Source: a virus
Direction: 5' to 3' (one strand)
DNA: 64,000 nt
Virus record (IMG/VR): IMGVR_UViG_3300020429_000529
Span: 1 to 64,000 of that record
Under the pieces are notes generated by a model. The model ran no database searches and was not told where the DNA came from. It was given only the letters and a program-made list of their open reading frames with translations. The translations under genes and the position numbers were made by a program. Shown piece by piece: positions 9,215-19,040 of the stretch (the first letter of the stretch is position 1; each line of letters opens with the position of its first letter).

Positions 9215-10441
9215 ATGGCTATCCCGCGAATACAAGTATCTTCAGGTTGGAATGATGAAGTTCAGCCTGAGCCTTCAAACATTCAGTTCTTTCACTGGTC
9301 GAATACGGAATACGACTGGGGAGTAAAGAACGACTGGGCCGATCAGCGACTCGATCCTGTACGAGAGGCGCAGAACACGGTCAATCTCTGGGAGTCTCGA
9401 TACCACAGCGGATCAAAGTCCCTGTTCTTCTGGAAGCCTGTTGCTGTTCCTCTTGACGGAGTATGGCACAACAGAACAGCGATGGGGTTCTCGCTCTACG
9501 AGGGAGCCAAGAACTACGGAAGATACGAACTTGTTCTTCCCTGGTACGAAGCCTATTACGCAGAACTCGCCCGTCTCGGACATGAGCCCGACAACATCGT
9601 TCTCGATGATGAGGGTTCTCATGTGTATGGTCCATCGATGGAATCGCTTGAAGAAGACATCGCTCAATGTCTTGCGGATGACGATGTTCGCAAGCTTATG
9701 CCTGATGAGATTCTCGCGCACGAAGCTCACTATCTCGCAACCAACAATACTGGTCGCTCAATGATGGGCTTCTGGGGCAAAACGATCGATGTTCGGATCT
9801 ACAAGAAGATCTTTGTCGAACCGTACAGAGCGGTGTTTGGTCGAGATCCGTTCTTCCATAACTACGGCAACGCCAAGCCAAGCTTTGCAACCCGAGGATG
9901 GAACGGTCGTCTGACCGACCCGATGTGGGATACGAGTATCACAAACGGAACATCTGCGCCTGTTTTGTATCTGCTTCAAGATAGACTACAGAACCCTCAG
10001 TGGTATTTCGATGTAGAAAGACATCCCCGATGGGTTCGTTTCTTGTTGGCGCTCAACAAAGTGAGATCGAATCTCAACTCGGGAGATGTTGTTCCTTGGG
10101 TTTCTACGGCTGGCTACACATACCTGCATGACAAAATTCGCATGTCTGATCCTTGGCTTGATTGCGAAGTTGTTCGTCATTGTATTCTCATGGGCGTAAC
10201 GAAGTTCAACCATTGGAATCCAGGTCAAGACAGTAATCAATGGCTTGATAGCTGGCGTCATATTTCGGATGATGCTTACGTCGAGGCTATTGATAGCGTC
10301 AAAGACAGACCAAAGGCGAAGGGTCCGTTTGTTGAGATTGATTGGAACGCTGATTACATCGAGACTGCGGGCTATCGAACGACATACGACGAGTTCCTTG
10401 AGCGGGGATATTACCAAGCTCCTGGATCGGTCTATTCGTAA
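9215..10441 (+). CDS. hypothetical protein, aromatic-rich, possibly a glycoside-hydrolase-like TIM barrel
   Basis: About 408 aa, W/Y-rich, with IVLDDEG and VVPWVS segments; the fold assignment is a guess. Confidence 0.65.
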   Translation: MAIPRIQVSSGWNDEVQPEPSNIQFFHWSNTEYDWGVKNDWADQRLDPVREAQNTVNLWESRYHSGSKSLFFWKPVAVPLDGVWHNRTAMGFSLYEGAKNYGRYELVLPWYEAYYAELARLGHEPDNIVLDDEGSHVYGPSMESLEEDIAQCLADDDVRKLMPDEILAHEAHYLATNNTGRSMMGFWGKTIDVRIYKKIFVEPYRAVFGRDPFFHNYGNAKPSFATRGWNGRLTDPMWDTSITNGTSAPVLYLLQDRLQNPQWYFDVERHPRWVRFLLALNKVRSNLNSGDVVPWVSTAGYTYLHDKIRMSDPWLDCEVVRHCILMGVTKFNHWNPGQDSNQWLDSWRHISDDAYVEAIDSVKDRPKAKGPFVEIDWNADYIETAGYRTTYDEFLERGYYQAPGSVYS

Positions 10442-10582
10442 ATGTTAGAGTGAAACCTGCAGTTACAAATTAAAGCTGCAGGTTAGTGTCGTGTCAGATG
10501 GCAGGGAGGAATCGCATCCGCTCTGACAGTAACCATAGGGACAGCATAAAGGCTGAAATCCCATCCATGGAGAGACCAGACA

Positions 10583-11131
10583 ATGAATACAAAGAAGTTC
10601 ATTTGGGATAAGGTCATCAACAGCTTTACCAGCCCACGAGTCCTTGATGTCGCATATGGCACGAGCAATGGACTTTTTTGGTGGGAGAAGGGCCTCGACG
10701 AGGGCGGCCTTCTTGTTGTTGACCCCCTGCAGCGTAACCTCGATCCGCTCAAGGCGGGCGGCATCCCAACCATGAAGGCTGATCTTGAGACATCCGATCT
10801 CTACGGTCGTCTGAACCAGAAGAAGTTTGAAGTCATCGTTTGCGACAAGACGCTTTCTTCTCTGTCGGAGAAGGGCGGCTCGAAGCTGCTCTCGACCTTC
10901 AACAAGCTTGTCGCTGACGAGGGCTACCTCTGCCTTGTTGCGCAGTGCCGATTCCTTCCCGGTCGTAGGGGATGGAGAGTCCCTCGCTACGAGTTCGCAA
11001 AGCATGGCGATGCTCTGCTTTCGCTCTACAAGGACTTTGATCTCACTTACAAGCGAGTCTTCAAGCGCAACGCTCAGACCAATACCTGCGAAGTCTTCTT
11101 CGTATGGCAGAAGCGTAAGGCTCAGGACTAA
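10583..11131 (+). CDS. class I SAM-dependent methyltransferase-like protein
   Basis: RVLDVAYGTS motif I, VVVD-like strand 2, KFEVIVC, LVADEGYL. Confidence 0.65.
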   Translation: MNTKKFIWDKVINSFTSPRVLDVAYGTSNGLFWWEKGLDEGGLLVVDPLQRNLDPLKAGGIPTMKADLETSDLYGRLNQKKFEVIVCDKTLSSLSEKGGSKLLSTFNKLVADEGYLCLVAQCRFLPGRRGWRVPRYEFAKHGDALLSLYKDFDLTYKRVFKRNAQTNTCEVFFVWQKRKAQD

Positions 11132-11439
11132 TGCCAGGCGAACTGCCTATCGATGAGGGACAGTTCGATGTCGGCGAACAAGTCGATGAAGGACTCAACG
11201 AAGAGATTGAAGATATACTTTCTTTGTCTCCCGATTTCGATGAGGCTGTCGATGACATGGTTTCAATACTCAACGGCCAGCTATCCCCAACGGGATGCTG
11301 GTCCGATTTCAACCGAGTCCACAGATTGTGGCGTCAGCTTCGCACGCTGTCTCAGCAGGCTCCGAATGTTTCGTTCTATCGACCAGAGGATTTGCCGCCC
11401 GAGCCTTCGCCAGACGACTTCAGCAACAATGATTGCTAA
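11131..11439 (+). CDS. acidic hypothetical protein
   Basis: TAATG coupling to the upstream gene. Confidence 0.65.
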   Translation: MPGELPIDEGQFDVGEQVDEGLNEEIEDILSLSPDFDEAVDDMVSILNGQLSPTGCWSDFNRVHRLWRQLRTLSQQAPNVSFYRPEDLPPEPSPDDFSNNDC

Positions 11440-11454
11440 GCCGAAGAGACAGGT

Positions 11455-11859
11455 ATGAACTGGTATCGCAAGTTAGCTCAGGCAGATCTTCAGACGAGAG
11501 TCCGCTCGCTGTTGCCTCAGCTTGTTCAGTCGGCTCAGAACGAATACAATCAATGGGATCAGTCTGATGAGTTCGATGAACTCAACGGCGGCGGTATCTG
11601 TCAGGAAATCGCATCCGCTTTTTGCGATGTCTTCTCATCCGCAGAAATTGATTGTACGACGTTTGACGCTCAGATCGGCGATCAGCATGTTTGGGCTGTC
11701 GCTTACGATGACAACGAAGCGATTAGCGTTGATATCCCTCCCTCTGTATATGAGACGGGCGCAGGATATACTTGGTCAAAAATACCTGGCGTTGTCTTTG
11801 ACGCAAACGATATCGTCTTTGAGCGAGTCGATCGCAACCAGATCGATACCGATTGGTAG
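11455..11859 (+). CDS. NWY-leader protein with a possible Cys-His-Asp (papain/transglutaminase-like) triad
   Basis: Starts MNWYRKLAQ; GGICQEIA...QHVWAV...VDIP. Confidence 0.7.
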   Translation: MNWYRKLAQADLQTRVRSLLPQLVQSAQNEYNQWDQSDEFDELNGGGICQEIASAFCDVFSSAEIDCTTFDAQIGDQHVWAVAYDDNEAISVDIPPSVYETGAGYTWSKIPGVVFDANDIVFERVDRNQIDTDW

Positions 11860-11885
11860 CCATTTGCGTAGCCGATTAGAGCCGA

Positions 11886-13157
11886 TTAGCTACGGCTGAC
11901 AATCCTGGAATGGATTGCAAGATACTTGTCGGCAACAGATGACCAAGAGTTCTCGCTGACATACTCTCTGCATCGCTGAACAATGCTGTTGCGATATTCG
12001 TCATTGCTGAAGACCTCATCGATCTCTTTGGCAAGCTCCTGAGCGTTCGATGGTCTCGGAACAACTCCTTGCAGGTCATCGAACAGATGGTTCTCAGAAG
12101 CGATCAGAGGGCGTTCGTGAGCCATGGCGACTCGGATAGCCCCTGATGCTCCGTAGACCTCATTGTCGCCGTTGATGAGGTATGGGAAGACGATGAGCTT
12201 TGCCAGCCTTAGATACAGGCTGAGCATTTCTTCGCTCTGATACTTCATGATGATGGCGACGTTATCTGCTACATCGAGACGCTCTGCGGTTTCGATGAGA
12301 TGCTCGTAATACTCTCGGTTCGATTGCTCGTTGTTTGAGTTGGTCGAGCAGAGGTAGAAGTAGCTGATGTCCTTGAACTTCTCATCGTTGTGCTTGAGTT
12401 CTGCGATCGATTCGAGGGCTCGATCGACGCCTTTGTAGTTGAAGCCGAATCCGAACTGCATGATCGTGTAGGGCGAATGCATGTTGTTCCAGAGTTCAGA
12501 CTTTTCAGGCACTTCGATGCATCCATGAGGAACAACATGGACGTTGCTCTGATTACCAGCGGCCTTCAGAACGCCTCTGGCTTCGCTTGTGTGGACGAGG
12601 ATGTCTCTGACGGCCTCGCAGTAGACCAGCTTGTCCAGATGCTTGTAGACGCTATGCATGGCGACGACGTAGGGGTATCGTTCGATCGCTTCCATGAACT
12701 GCATGAAGCGGAAGGCGTTAGGGAAGATACCGTATTCGTGCTGAATGATGATAAAATCAGGAGACCATTCTTTGATGCGATCAGCGAGCGGTCTCAGGTT
12801 TTCTCCTCTTGTCCAGCAACGATCGACGAAATCTTCGTCTTCAGCCGTTTGGTCTTCGGTGAACTCTGAGAAGATGCGGAGTTCTTTGACCTTGGGCATC
12901 ATGCTTTTGACAAGATAACCTGTATACGTTGATATGCCGCATTTGTCGTTCCAGTTGCAAACGACGGCGACTCTTAGTTCGGAGGGGCTTTTGATCTTGA
13001 AGTCATCTTCTTGGATCATGTCTGATGGCAACCTTTTTCCGATTAGAGCTTCCCAGTTATACTTGTGATTAGCTTTTCGCGAGGTTAATCCTTCCGACTC
13101 AACGAGAACGGTTGACACATTACGCACTATCAAGTTTTTGTCAAACGAGAGGTACAT
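11886..13157 (-). CDS. glycosyltransferase family 4 (GT-B)
   Basis: CGISTYT, IIQHEYG, VVPHG, FGFGFNYKG, VFPY...SGAIRVAMA motifs. Confidence 0.9.
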   Translation of the reverse strand: MYLSFDKNLIVRNVSTVLVESEGLTSRKANHKYNWEALIGKRLPSDMIQEDDFKIKSPSELRVAVVCNWNDKCGISTYTGYLVKSMMPKVKELRIFSEFTEDQTAEDEDFVDRCWTRGENLRPLADRIKEWSPDFIIIQHEYGIFPNAFRFMQFMEAIERYPYVVAMHSVYKHLDKLVYCEAVRDILVHTSEARGVLKAAGNQSNVHVVPHGCIEVPEKSELWNNMHSPYTIMQFGFGFNYKGVDRALESIAELKHNDEKFKDISYFYLCSTNSNNEQSNREYYEHLIETAERLDVADNVAIIMKYQSEEMLSLYLRLAKLIVFPYLINGDNEVYGASGAIRVAMAHERPLIASENHLFDDLQGVVPRPSNAQELAKEIDEVFSNDEYRNSIVQRCREYVSENSWSSVADKYLAIHSRIVSRS

Positions 13158-14130
13158 CGCGCTCTACCTCAGCAAGCAGGTTTTTCTCTCTTGCAGAAAT
13201 GGCGCGTATTTCTTTCGATAGCTGTTCTCGGTTATCGATAGCCGATGCGACTTCTCTCTGCAACGTCTCTTTGCAGAAGCCTGTAAACGGCAAAGAGACC
13301 TGTTCATACCTAATCGTCTTAAGCAGGTTTTTGTTCTTGTGATTATGAGTTACATCAATGAACGGCGTTCCTGCAACGAGCGAGAAGATTGACGAATGCA
13401 GACGGCTGCTGATTAGGCAGTCGAGCGCTCCGATGATGTCAAGAGTGTCTTGAACTCCGAGCTTGTCGTATATCAGAAGGTTCTTCTGATGGAACTTGCA
13501 CTTGGATGCGATCGCTGCGTGAGCGGCTCGGTCATCCCATGGCATCGAGGTTCCAAACGGAAGAAAGACGAACGATGCATTCGTGTTGTCCATCATCATT
13601 GCCATGCTATACGCAAAGTGTTCGAATCGGGCCGTCTGCCAGCCTGGCGAATCATGGTGCGGCATGACATGGGCATTGACGACAACGCCTACGATATTCT
13701 GGTATCGTTCTTGTCTTTCTCTTGCGAAAATATCGAAGAGGAGCTTTCGGCCCCTCTCCGAGTCTGATTCGAGAGCGAACGCAAAGTCAGGCAGGTACGA
13801 CGCCTGAAGACCGAGCTTGTTTGCGTTCTCTACTGAGAAGTTGTCTCTGACTGCGATTGTTTTGAAGTCTTCGAGCTTTGACTTGCTTGCGTGTTGCGGC
13901 ATTGAGACCGAGAAGATGTGCTTAGGGCTTCCTACATGCTTGAGCGGATCGAGGAAGCAGTCTGCAACGATATCACCGCCTCCGAGTATGTAGGCGTCTG
14001 CGCTCACGGGAGCGTCAGAGAAAACCAGATCGTAGTTCGGGAAGACTTTGGGGAACGCAAGCTTGTAGCTTTCGTCTCCGCAGTTCCCTTTTCCGTACCA
14101 GCCTATGACATTTACGCGATTGCCAGCCAT
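13141..14130 (-). CDS. polysaccharide pyruvyl transferase family protein
   Basis: GWYGKGNCGDE, ILGGGD, IAVRD, PDFAF, SRLHSSI motifs. Confidence 0.9.
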   Translation of the reverse strand: MAGNRVNVIGWYGKGNCGDESYKLAFPKVFPNYDLVFSDAPVSADAYILGGGDIVADCFLDPLKHVGSPKHIFSVSMPQHASKSKLEDFKTIAVRDNFSVENANKLGLQASYLPDFAFALESDSERGRKLLFDIFARERQERYQNIVGVVVNAHVMPHHDSPGWQTARFEHFAYSMAMMMDNTNASFVFLPFGTSMPWDDRAAHAAIASKCKFHQKNLLIYDKLGVQDTLDIIGALDCLISSRLHSSIFSLVAGTPFIDVTHNHKNKNLLKTIRYEQVSLPFTGFCKETLQREVASAIDNREQLSKEIRAISAREKNLLAEVERDVPLV

Positions 14131-14378
14131 TTGATCTTTCTGCGCTTGCTCTTGACGCATGATGTGATAACAAAACCGTGTCGAACGATCTTGACATCGA
14201 AGCAGTCAGATTCGTTTGCGCATCCTGTTGATCCGCAAGAGTTACCGAGGTTGATGAACACATCGCTTGGCGTCCATCGAGTTTTGACAAAGATCTCCTG
14301 CGACCCATTGGACACATAGAGCGATCCTGTCTTTGCTGCTCCAAAGATCAAGTTGAGGATCAGTCTTACTATACCCAT
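14112..14378 (-). CDS. small hypothetical protein
   Basis: AGGAG RBS; heads the minus-strand glycosyltransferase operon. Confidence 0.65.
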   Translation of the reverse strand: MGIVRLILNLIFGAAKTGSLYVSNGSQEIFVKTRWTPSDVFINLGNSCGSTGCANESDCFDVKIVRHGFVITSCVKSKRRKIKWLAIA

Positions 14379-14969
14379 TGCTTGTCTCTCCTACTTACAA
14401 GTAATCGGTTCGTTTGCCTGTGTTCTTCAAGCAAACTCACTCGCGATCCTTGCCCACTTTCGGCTTCGATGCGAATGACTTTTCTGTAATGCCGATGAGA
14501 GACTTCGGAAGCGATTTCGTTTGCGATAATTCTGGTTTTGTCCGACAGGCGAAAGGCCATTCATCAACGGTGTTTGTAGATAACTTTGGAAGCAATCAAA
14601 CCGCTGTCAGTCAAATGGCGGTCAAATGAACCATCAAGGTTATAAGTCTCTTGAATAGCGCCCTAATATCGAAACTTACTGTAGCTTTTGCCCTGTCAAA
14701 GAGGCATTCAACTTTTTCTCACTACTTTTTGGCCTTGTCACGGCCATTTGTGAGGTAGTTGTGAGGGTAAAACGCCAAAGTTGTTAGAAATCGCCGCCAA
14801 AGGGCCAAAAAATAGTGGGGCTACTATTAGAGTTATGTTTGGATTATGTGTCTCACAAATTTCGGATTCGGTCAAATGGGACCGCCTCACAGGGCTGCTA
14901 ACGCAGTTTTATGGGATTGACGATGAGAGAAATAGCTCTCACAAGCTTAGAACATAAAGGAGAGATGGT

Positions 14970-16694
14970 ATGGGGAGAAATCCTGTCTTCAAATCAACAC
15001 AGAACCGAGAGGACTACATCAGGCGGATCATCGAGCGCCGACCTCTCGTAGGGAAGGCTGCATCCGACGAGTTTGACGATCATCCGTCGCCCTCGGCGGT
15101 TTCAGATGGCTACGAGGGAGAGGCTGTTCATGTCAAAGCGAACTTCCCGGTCAAGGAAACTTCGCAGAAGCCTAACATCATTTTCACGGCCAGCGCAACT
15201 TACCTGCCTCAAGCGGGCGATAGAGTCGAGCTAATCTGGGAGACAAAGAACGCAACCGAAGTTGTGATCTCTCCTGATGTAGGCGCTGTTCCTGCGAAGG
15301 GAAGATTGTGGGTTACGGTACTCAACGATACCGTATACACGCTTACCGCAAAGAACGAAAGCGGATCAGCAACAGCGACAGTTCAGGTTGATATCGACGA
15401 TCTTGACAAGCCAGACGATAAGCCCGATGACAAAGAAGAGATGTGGTGCTGGATTGAAGCAGACCCTCTCGATGTCCCATCGGGCGGTATGACGACTCTC
15501 AGGTGGGGCGTCAGCGAAGAAGCTTCGCAAGCTCGACTGGTTGTTCGAATCAAAGGCGAAGAAGATGTTCAGAGTTACGACGTAGAGTATAAGGGCATCA
15601 AGGATGTCTACGTCAAAGAGCCAACAGAGTTCATTATTGTCGGAATCGGAGACAATGTTTCCGATATCGTCCATGCGATTGTCGAGGTCAATATCGCTCC
15701 TGATATCGATATTCCGCCCGATGATCCCCCAGCCAACGATGATGCCAAAGAGATTCCTCGCTTTGTTGTTGACCGTCGTCCGGTAGCGGCCATCAACACC
15801 TATGGCGGACTATATGACCAGACTCCAACGGGTCAGGCTCGTTGGTTCTATGAGCCAGGCGGCGTTCAGAAGCTCATTGAGAACAAGATCATCCCCATGA
15901 TGGAGATCGGCTATGAACGATTCATGATGTGGTTGCCCGCTGGTAGCAATCGTCAGAGATTCATGGCTTCTGCTCAATGGGGACCGCTGCCTGAGTATCG
16001 CAAGCAAGAGTTCCGAGATGTTCTCGGCCCGTTCTTGAAGAGCAACCCTCATATCGATTTCGGCATCTACATGGGTTACAAAATCCACGACCCATTCTCG
16101 CTCAGAATGCCTGACAATGAGATTCAGGCTCCTGATCTGTCTCTTGATAGCCATCGTTACTGGTTCCGTCAGACGATTCAGCCATGGGTTGATATCGGTG
16201 CCAAGTGGTTCTTTGCGGACGCTTCGTCGCCTGAGGATCTGAGAGAAGGGGCGTCTGAGATTGCTGATATGCTCAGTATCTTCAATCTGAAGTATGGAGG
16301 AGAGGCGTTGCCGAGCCGTAGGCTTGATTCTGGCGAATGGGAGGTCAACGCTGAGTATCTCAGAGAGATGCCTTGGTGCTGCATACATCGTTATGCCTGC
16401 ATCCGAGATCCTGAACTGAAATGGCGATTTGACCCGAAAACGACAGAAGTCGGATGCGTCTTCAGCGGACATTCGGAGAACGATGGCTATGTCATGGACT
16501 TCGATGAGATCGAGAATCGTATCGCTCAAGGCTATGTACCCTGGTGCATGCTGTCCTCGACGGATGAGAGGACACAGTTCATCTACAATCTTGGCATGGA
16601 GTTGTACGAAGCTCAGCTTGAAGAAGACAAGTTGGACGAAATCGAGGAATCGGTCGATAGTATGCATGTAACAAGCACGCCCGAAACGGAATGA
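14970..16694 (+). CDS. two Ig/PKD-like repeats plus a C-terminal putative glycoside-hydrolase-like domain (paralog of 37844-38929)
   Basis: FTAS...VELIWET.NA...YTLTAKN Ig-like repeat, a second TTLRW repeat, and C-terminal RRPVAAIN...DFGIYMGY...DIGAKWFFAD...GGEALP. Confidence 0.75.
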   Translation: MGRNPVFKSTQNREDYIRRIIERRPLVGKAASDEFDDHPSPSAVSDGYEGEAVHVKANFPVKETSQKPNIIFTASATYLPQAGDRVELIWETKNATEVVISPDVGAVPAKGRLWVTVLNDTVYTLTAKNESGSATATVQVDIDDLDKPDDKPDDKEEMWCWIEADPLDVPSGGMTTLRWGVSEEASQARLVVRIKGEEDVQSYDVEYKGIKDVYVKEPTEFIIVGIGDNVSDIVHAIVEVNIAPDIDIPPDDPPANDDAKEIPRFVVDRRPVAAINTYGGLYDQTPTGQARWFYEPGGVQKLIENKIIPMMEIGYERFMMWLPAGSNRQRFMASAQWGPLPEYRKQEFRDVLGPFLKSNPHIDFGIYMGYKIHDPFSLRMPDNEIQAPDLSLDSHRYWFRQTIQPWVDIGAKWFFADASSPEDLREGASEIADMLSIFNLKYGGEALPSRRLDSGEWEVNAEYLREMPWCCIHRYACIRDPELKWRFDPKTTEVGCVFSGHSENDGYVMDFDEIENRIAQGYVPWCMLSSTDERTQFIYNLGMELYEAQLEEDKLDEIEESVDSMHVTSTPETE

Positions 16695-16744
16695 TCTTCT
16701 CTGGGCGGCAACTGTCTAAGCGCTCACTCTCTTATGCCGTCTGG

Positions 16745-16780
16745 TCCCCGCCTGAATCATTGATTTGGGCGGGGATTTTC
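16745..16780 (+). terminator. intrinsic terminator
   Basis: TCCCCGCC...GGCGGGGA stem followed by TTTT. Confidence 0.75.
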
Positions 16781-16852
16781 TATTGACAAAGGACTGCGGT
16801 CTTTGTTTTTGGTAGGACAGATGTAGCGAGCAGATTAAGGGGGACGACTCTT

Positions 16853-17410
16853 ATGAAGAGGATCGCAGTCATGGCTTCAGGACGAGGCCGTCTTCTGCAG
16901 CATCTCTACAAAGAGATTGACTCGGGTCGTCTTGAGGCCGAAATCGGCGCTGTTATCTGTTCTCGCCATTGCAATGCTGAAGAAATCGGTCGTCTGCACA
17001 ACGCAGAAGTCTTTGTCATTCCTGGTTCTCCTTTTTGTATAACCATGGAATGTCTCATAAGGGATTATCGTATCGATTTGATCGCTCTTGCCGGATATAC
17101 CCGTAAGGTTATTCTTCCGCCGCAATACTACAGCAAATGCATCAACATCCATCCGTCTCTGTTGCCGAAGTACGGCGGAGAGGGAATGTACGGCAGAAGA
17201 GTTCATAGGGCTGTCTTAGATGCGGGCGAAAAAGAAACTGGCTGCACGGTTCATCTGGTCGATGAAGAATACGACCATGGAGAGCATTTGATTCAGCGAG
17301 TTTGTCCGGTCAAGCCTGGCGACACGCCGGAAACTTTGGCTGCTCGGGTGTTCGAGTTGGAGAAAACCGCATATGTTGAGGCGATACAGTCGCTTCTGTT
17401 GCAGGTGTAG
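16853..17410 (+). CDS. purN: phosphoribosylglycinamide formyltransferase
   Basis: RIAVMASGRG, LAGY, INIHPSLLPKYGGEGMYG, GCTVHLVDEEYDHG. Confidence 0.9.
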   Translation: MKRIAVMASGRGRLLQHLYKEIDSGRLEAEIGAVICSRHCNAEEIGRLHNAEVFVIPGSPFCITMECLIRDYRIDLIALAGYTRKVILPPQYYSKCINIHPSLLPKYGGEGMYGRRVHRAVLDAGEKETGCTVHLVDEEYDHGEHLIQRVCPVKPGDTPETLAARVFELEKTAYVEAIQSLLLQV

Positions 17411-17643
17411 TGCTAAGCGGCTACAATGTGCAGAGCCGCCGACGAGCGGCCGCGACCGTATGGGCGTCTCGTAAGAGACAGAGCAGGGTAGGCTTGATTG
17501 TTCTGAAGATTTTCCTGGTACTTGGTTTGATCTTTCTACTGTCCTGGTGGAACGAATGGGCCAAGCGCAGGATCGATAAACACTTTGAAGAAAAGAGACG
17601 CGCTGTTGATGTCTCAGGGGATGAGCCAAGAAGAGAGGAATAG
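17410..17643 (+). CDS. small single-TM membrane protein
   Basis: One hydrophobic helix; overlaps both neighbours; start uncertain. Confidence 0.5.
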   Translation: MLSGYNVQSRRRAAATVWASRKRQSRVGLIVLKIFLVLGLIFLLSWWNEWAKRRIDKHFEEKRRAVDVSGDEPRREE

Positions 17644-18469
17644 GCGACGAAGACAAATCGCCTACGAAGCCCTGCAGGGCATGTCTTCTCTCGAAGCTAT
17701 CGCCAAGGAACACAGCGTATCTGTCTCCAACGTCCGATCCGCATGCAAGCAGTTCGGCGTAGATCCCAAAGAAACAAAAGAGACTCTTGCGGGTAATGTT
17801 GCCCGAGCTATTGAACAAGGAATGGCTCGGGTTGATGCTATGCGCAAGTTCGGCGTTACAGCGAAGTTCATACAGAGCGCATGCTCAAAACACAAAGTTC
17901 TGATTGATCCAATCGGGAACAACTCTGAGCGGTCGTTTGAAATTCTGGCCGACCTGCTGAACACTCCTGATCCGATCACGATCATCGCCAACCGCCATAG
18001 CGTCTCTTCTTCTACGGTCAGCAAGCTCTACAATCTGGCGATCAGCAAAGGTTTTCCGATTATGCGCAGGCGGCAAGGGCAGTCTGCGGCGGAGCCTCAC
18101 CGAGTTACTCGCATCGGTATCTGCCTTGACGATGCCATTGATTTTGAACCCGACTTCTTTCGCAATCTGACGAGACGGCTTGCTCCGTATGCTCGTATCT
18201 ACATCATGGCTGGTCCTAACTGCGGATTGATTCGAGAGGTTGTCAGGGAACTTGAAGCCTTTGGCATTGTCTATCATCAGGTTGCCGTTGTTCATGATCG
18301 AGCCGAATACGTCAAGAGGCACAAGATTTCGGTTCTGATCGACGACAAAGACGACGTTATCACGGATCTCGGCTCTGACGTTCTGGTTATGAAGCCGAGA
18401 ACTGCTGGCAATTATGACTTCGAATCCCAAAAATGGCTCTATACAGAGGCCACTGGGGAACAGGTCTAA
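17609..18469 (+). CDS. multi-HTH protein fused to a degenerate HAD-like domain
   Basis: SLEAIAKEHSVSVSNVRSAC and ITIIANRHSVSSSTVSKL HTHs; C-terminal RIGICLDDAI...VLIDDK. Confidence 0.7.
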   Translation: MSQGMSQEERNRRRRQIAYEALQGMSSLEAIAKEHSVSVSNVRSACKQFGVDPKETKETLAGNVARAIEQGMARVDAMRKFGVTAKFIQSACSKHKVLIDPIGNNSERSFEILADLLNTPDPITIIANRHSVSSSTVSKLYNLAISKGFPIMRRRQGQSAAEPHRVTRIGICLDDAIDFEPDFFRNLTRRLAPYARIYIMAGPNCGLIREVVRELEAFGIVYHQVAVVHDRAEYVKRHKISVLIDDKDDVITDLGSDVLVMKPRTAGNYDFESQKWLYTEATGEQV

Positions 18470-18496
18470 AGGAAGGTTTGCCGATAGTCTCGAATA
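18468..18496 (+). promoter_or_regulatory. putative phage (late) promoter
   Basis: AAAGGA-N17-CGAATA, 7 nt before ATG 18504, with no RBS. Confidence 0.55.
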
Positions 18497-18503
18497 GAGA
18501 CTC

Positions 18504-18950
18504 ATGGCAGCCTTCAACTATAGCAAAATGAAAAAGCAAGCCGCTCGCCCTCAGGTAGGGCCGTGGTGGTACTACAAAGGGCAAGTCCATGGCGTCATGG
18601 AACCTGCCCCTTATCCGCTGGATTTCTCCTATTCCAAACTCATGCATGCACACTATTGGAGGCAAATGGGTCTTCCAGGAGGAAGCGAAGTTGCGCATGA
18701 AAGAGGACGGGTTGAGTCAACCCCGCAGGGTTTCGTCATAATTACCTCTGATACGATGGCTGCGAATCCCCAGGCCATGCAACAGGTGATGTCCTATTAC
18801 TCGATACCACCTGCACAGACTCGCGTAACCACTGACGAGCATTACAACAGAACAGCAGAAGATGAGATGTTCGAAGCGATGATGTCAGGTGAAGACGATT
18901 GGGGCAATGACTTCGATGACGGGTACTATTACGATGAAGAGGCTGCCTGA
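18504..18950 (+). CDS. hypothetical protein with FNY/KxA leader
   Basis: Starts MAAFNYSKMKKQAA; contains H..YW...ERGRV; acidic tail. Confidence 0.75.
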   Translation: MAAFNYSKMKKQAARPQVGPWWYYKGQVHGVMEPAPYPLDFSYSKLMHAHYWRQMGLPGGSEVAHERGRVESTPQGFVIITSDTMAANPQAMQQVMSYYSIPPAQTRVTTDEHYNRTAEDEMFEAMMSGEDDWGNDFDDGYYYDEEAA

Positions 18951-19040
18951 TTTCTGCATGAGATAGATCATTTTGCGGCATTGCTCCACTGTTAGGTCAT
19001 GTCAGTAACCTCAACAACGTGGGATCGGAGCGAGCCGCAG

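Noticed and set aside
14748-14766. CRP-type site (TGTGA)
   Set aside because: The copies are direct repeats, not TGTGA-N6-TCACA palindromes.
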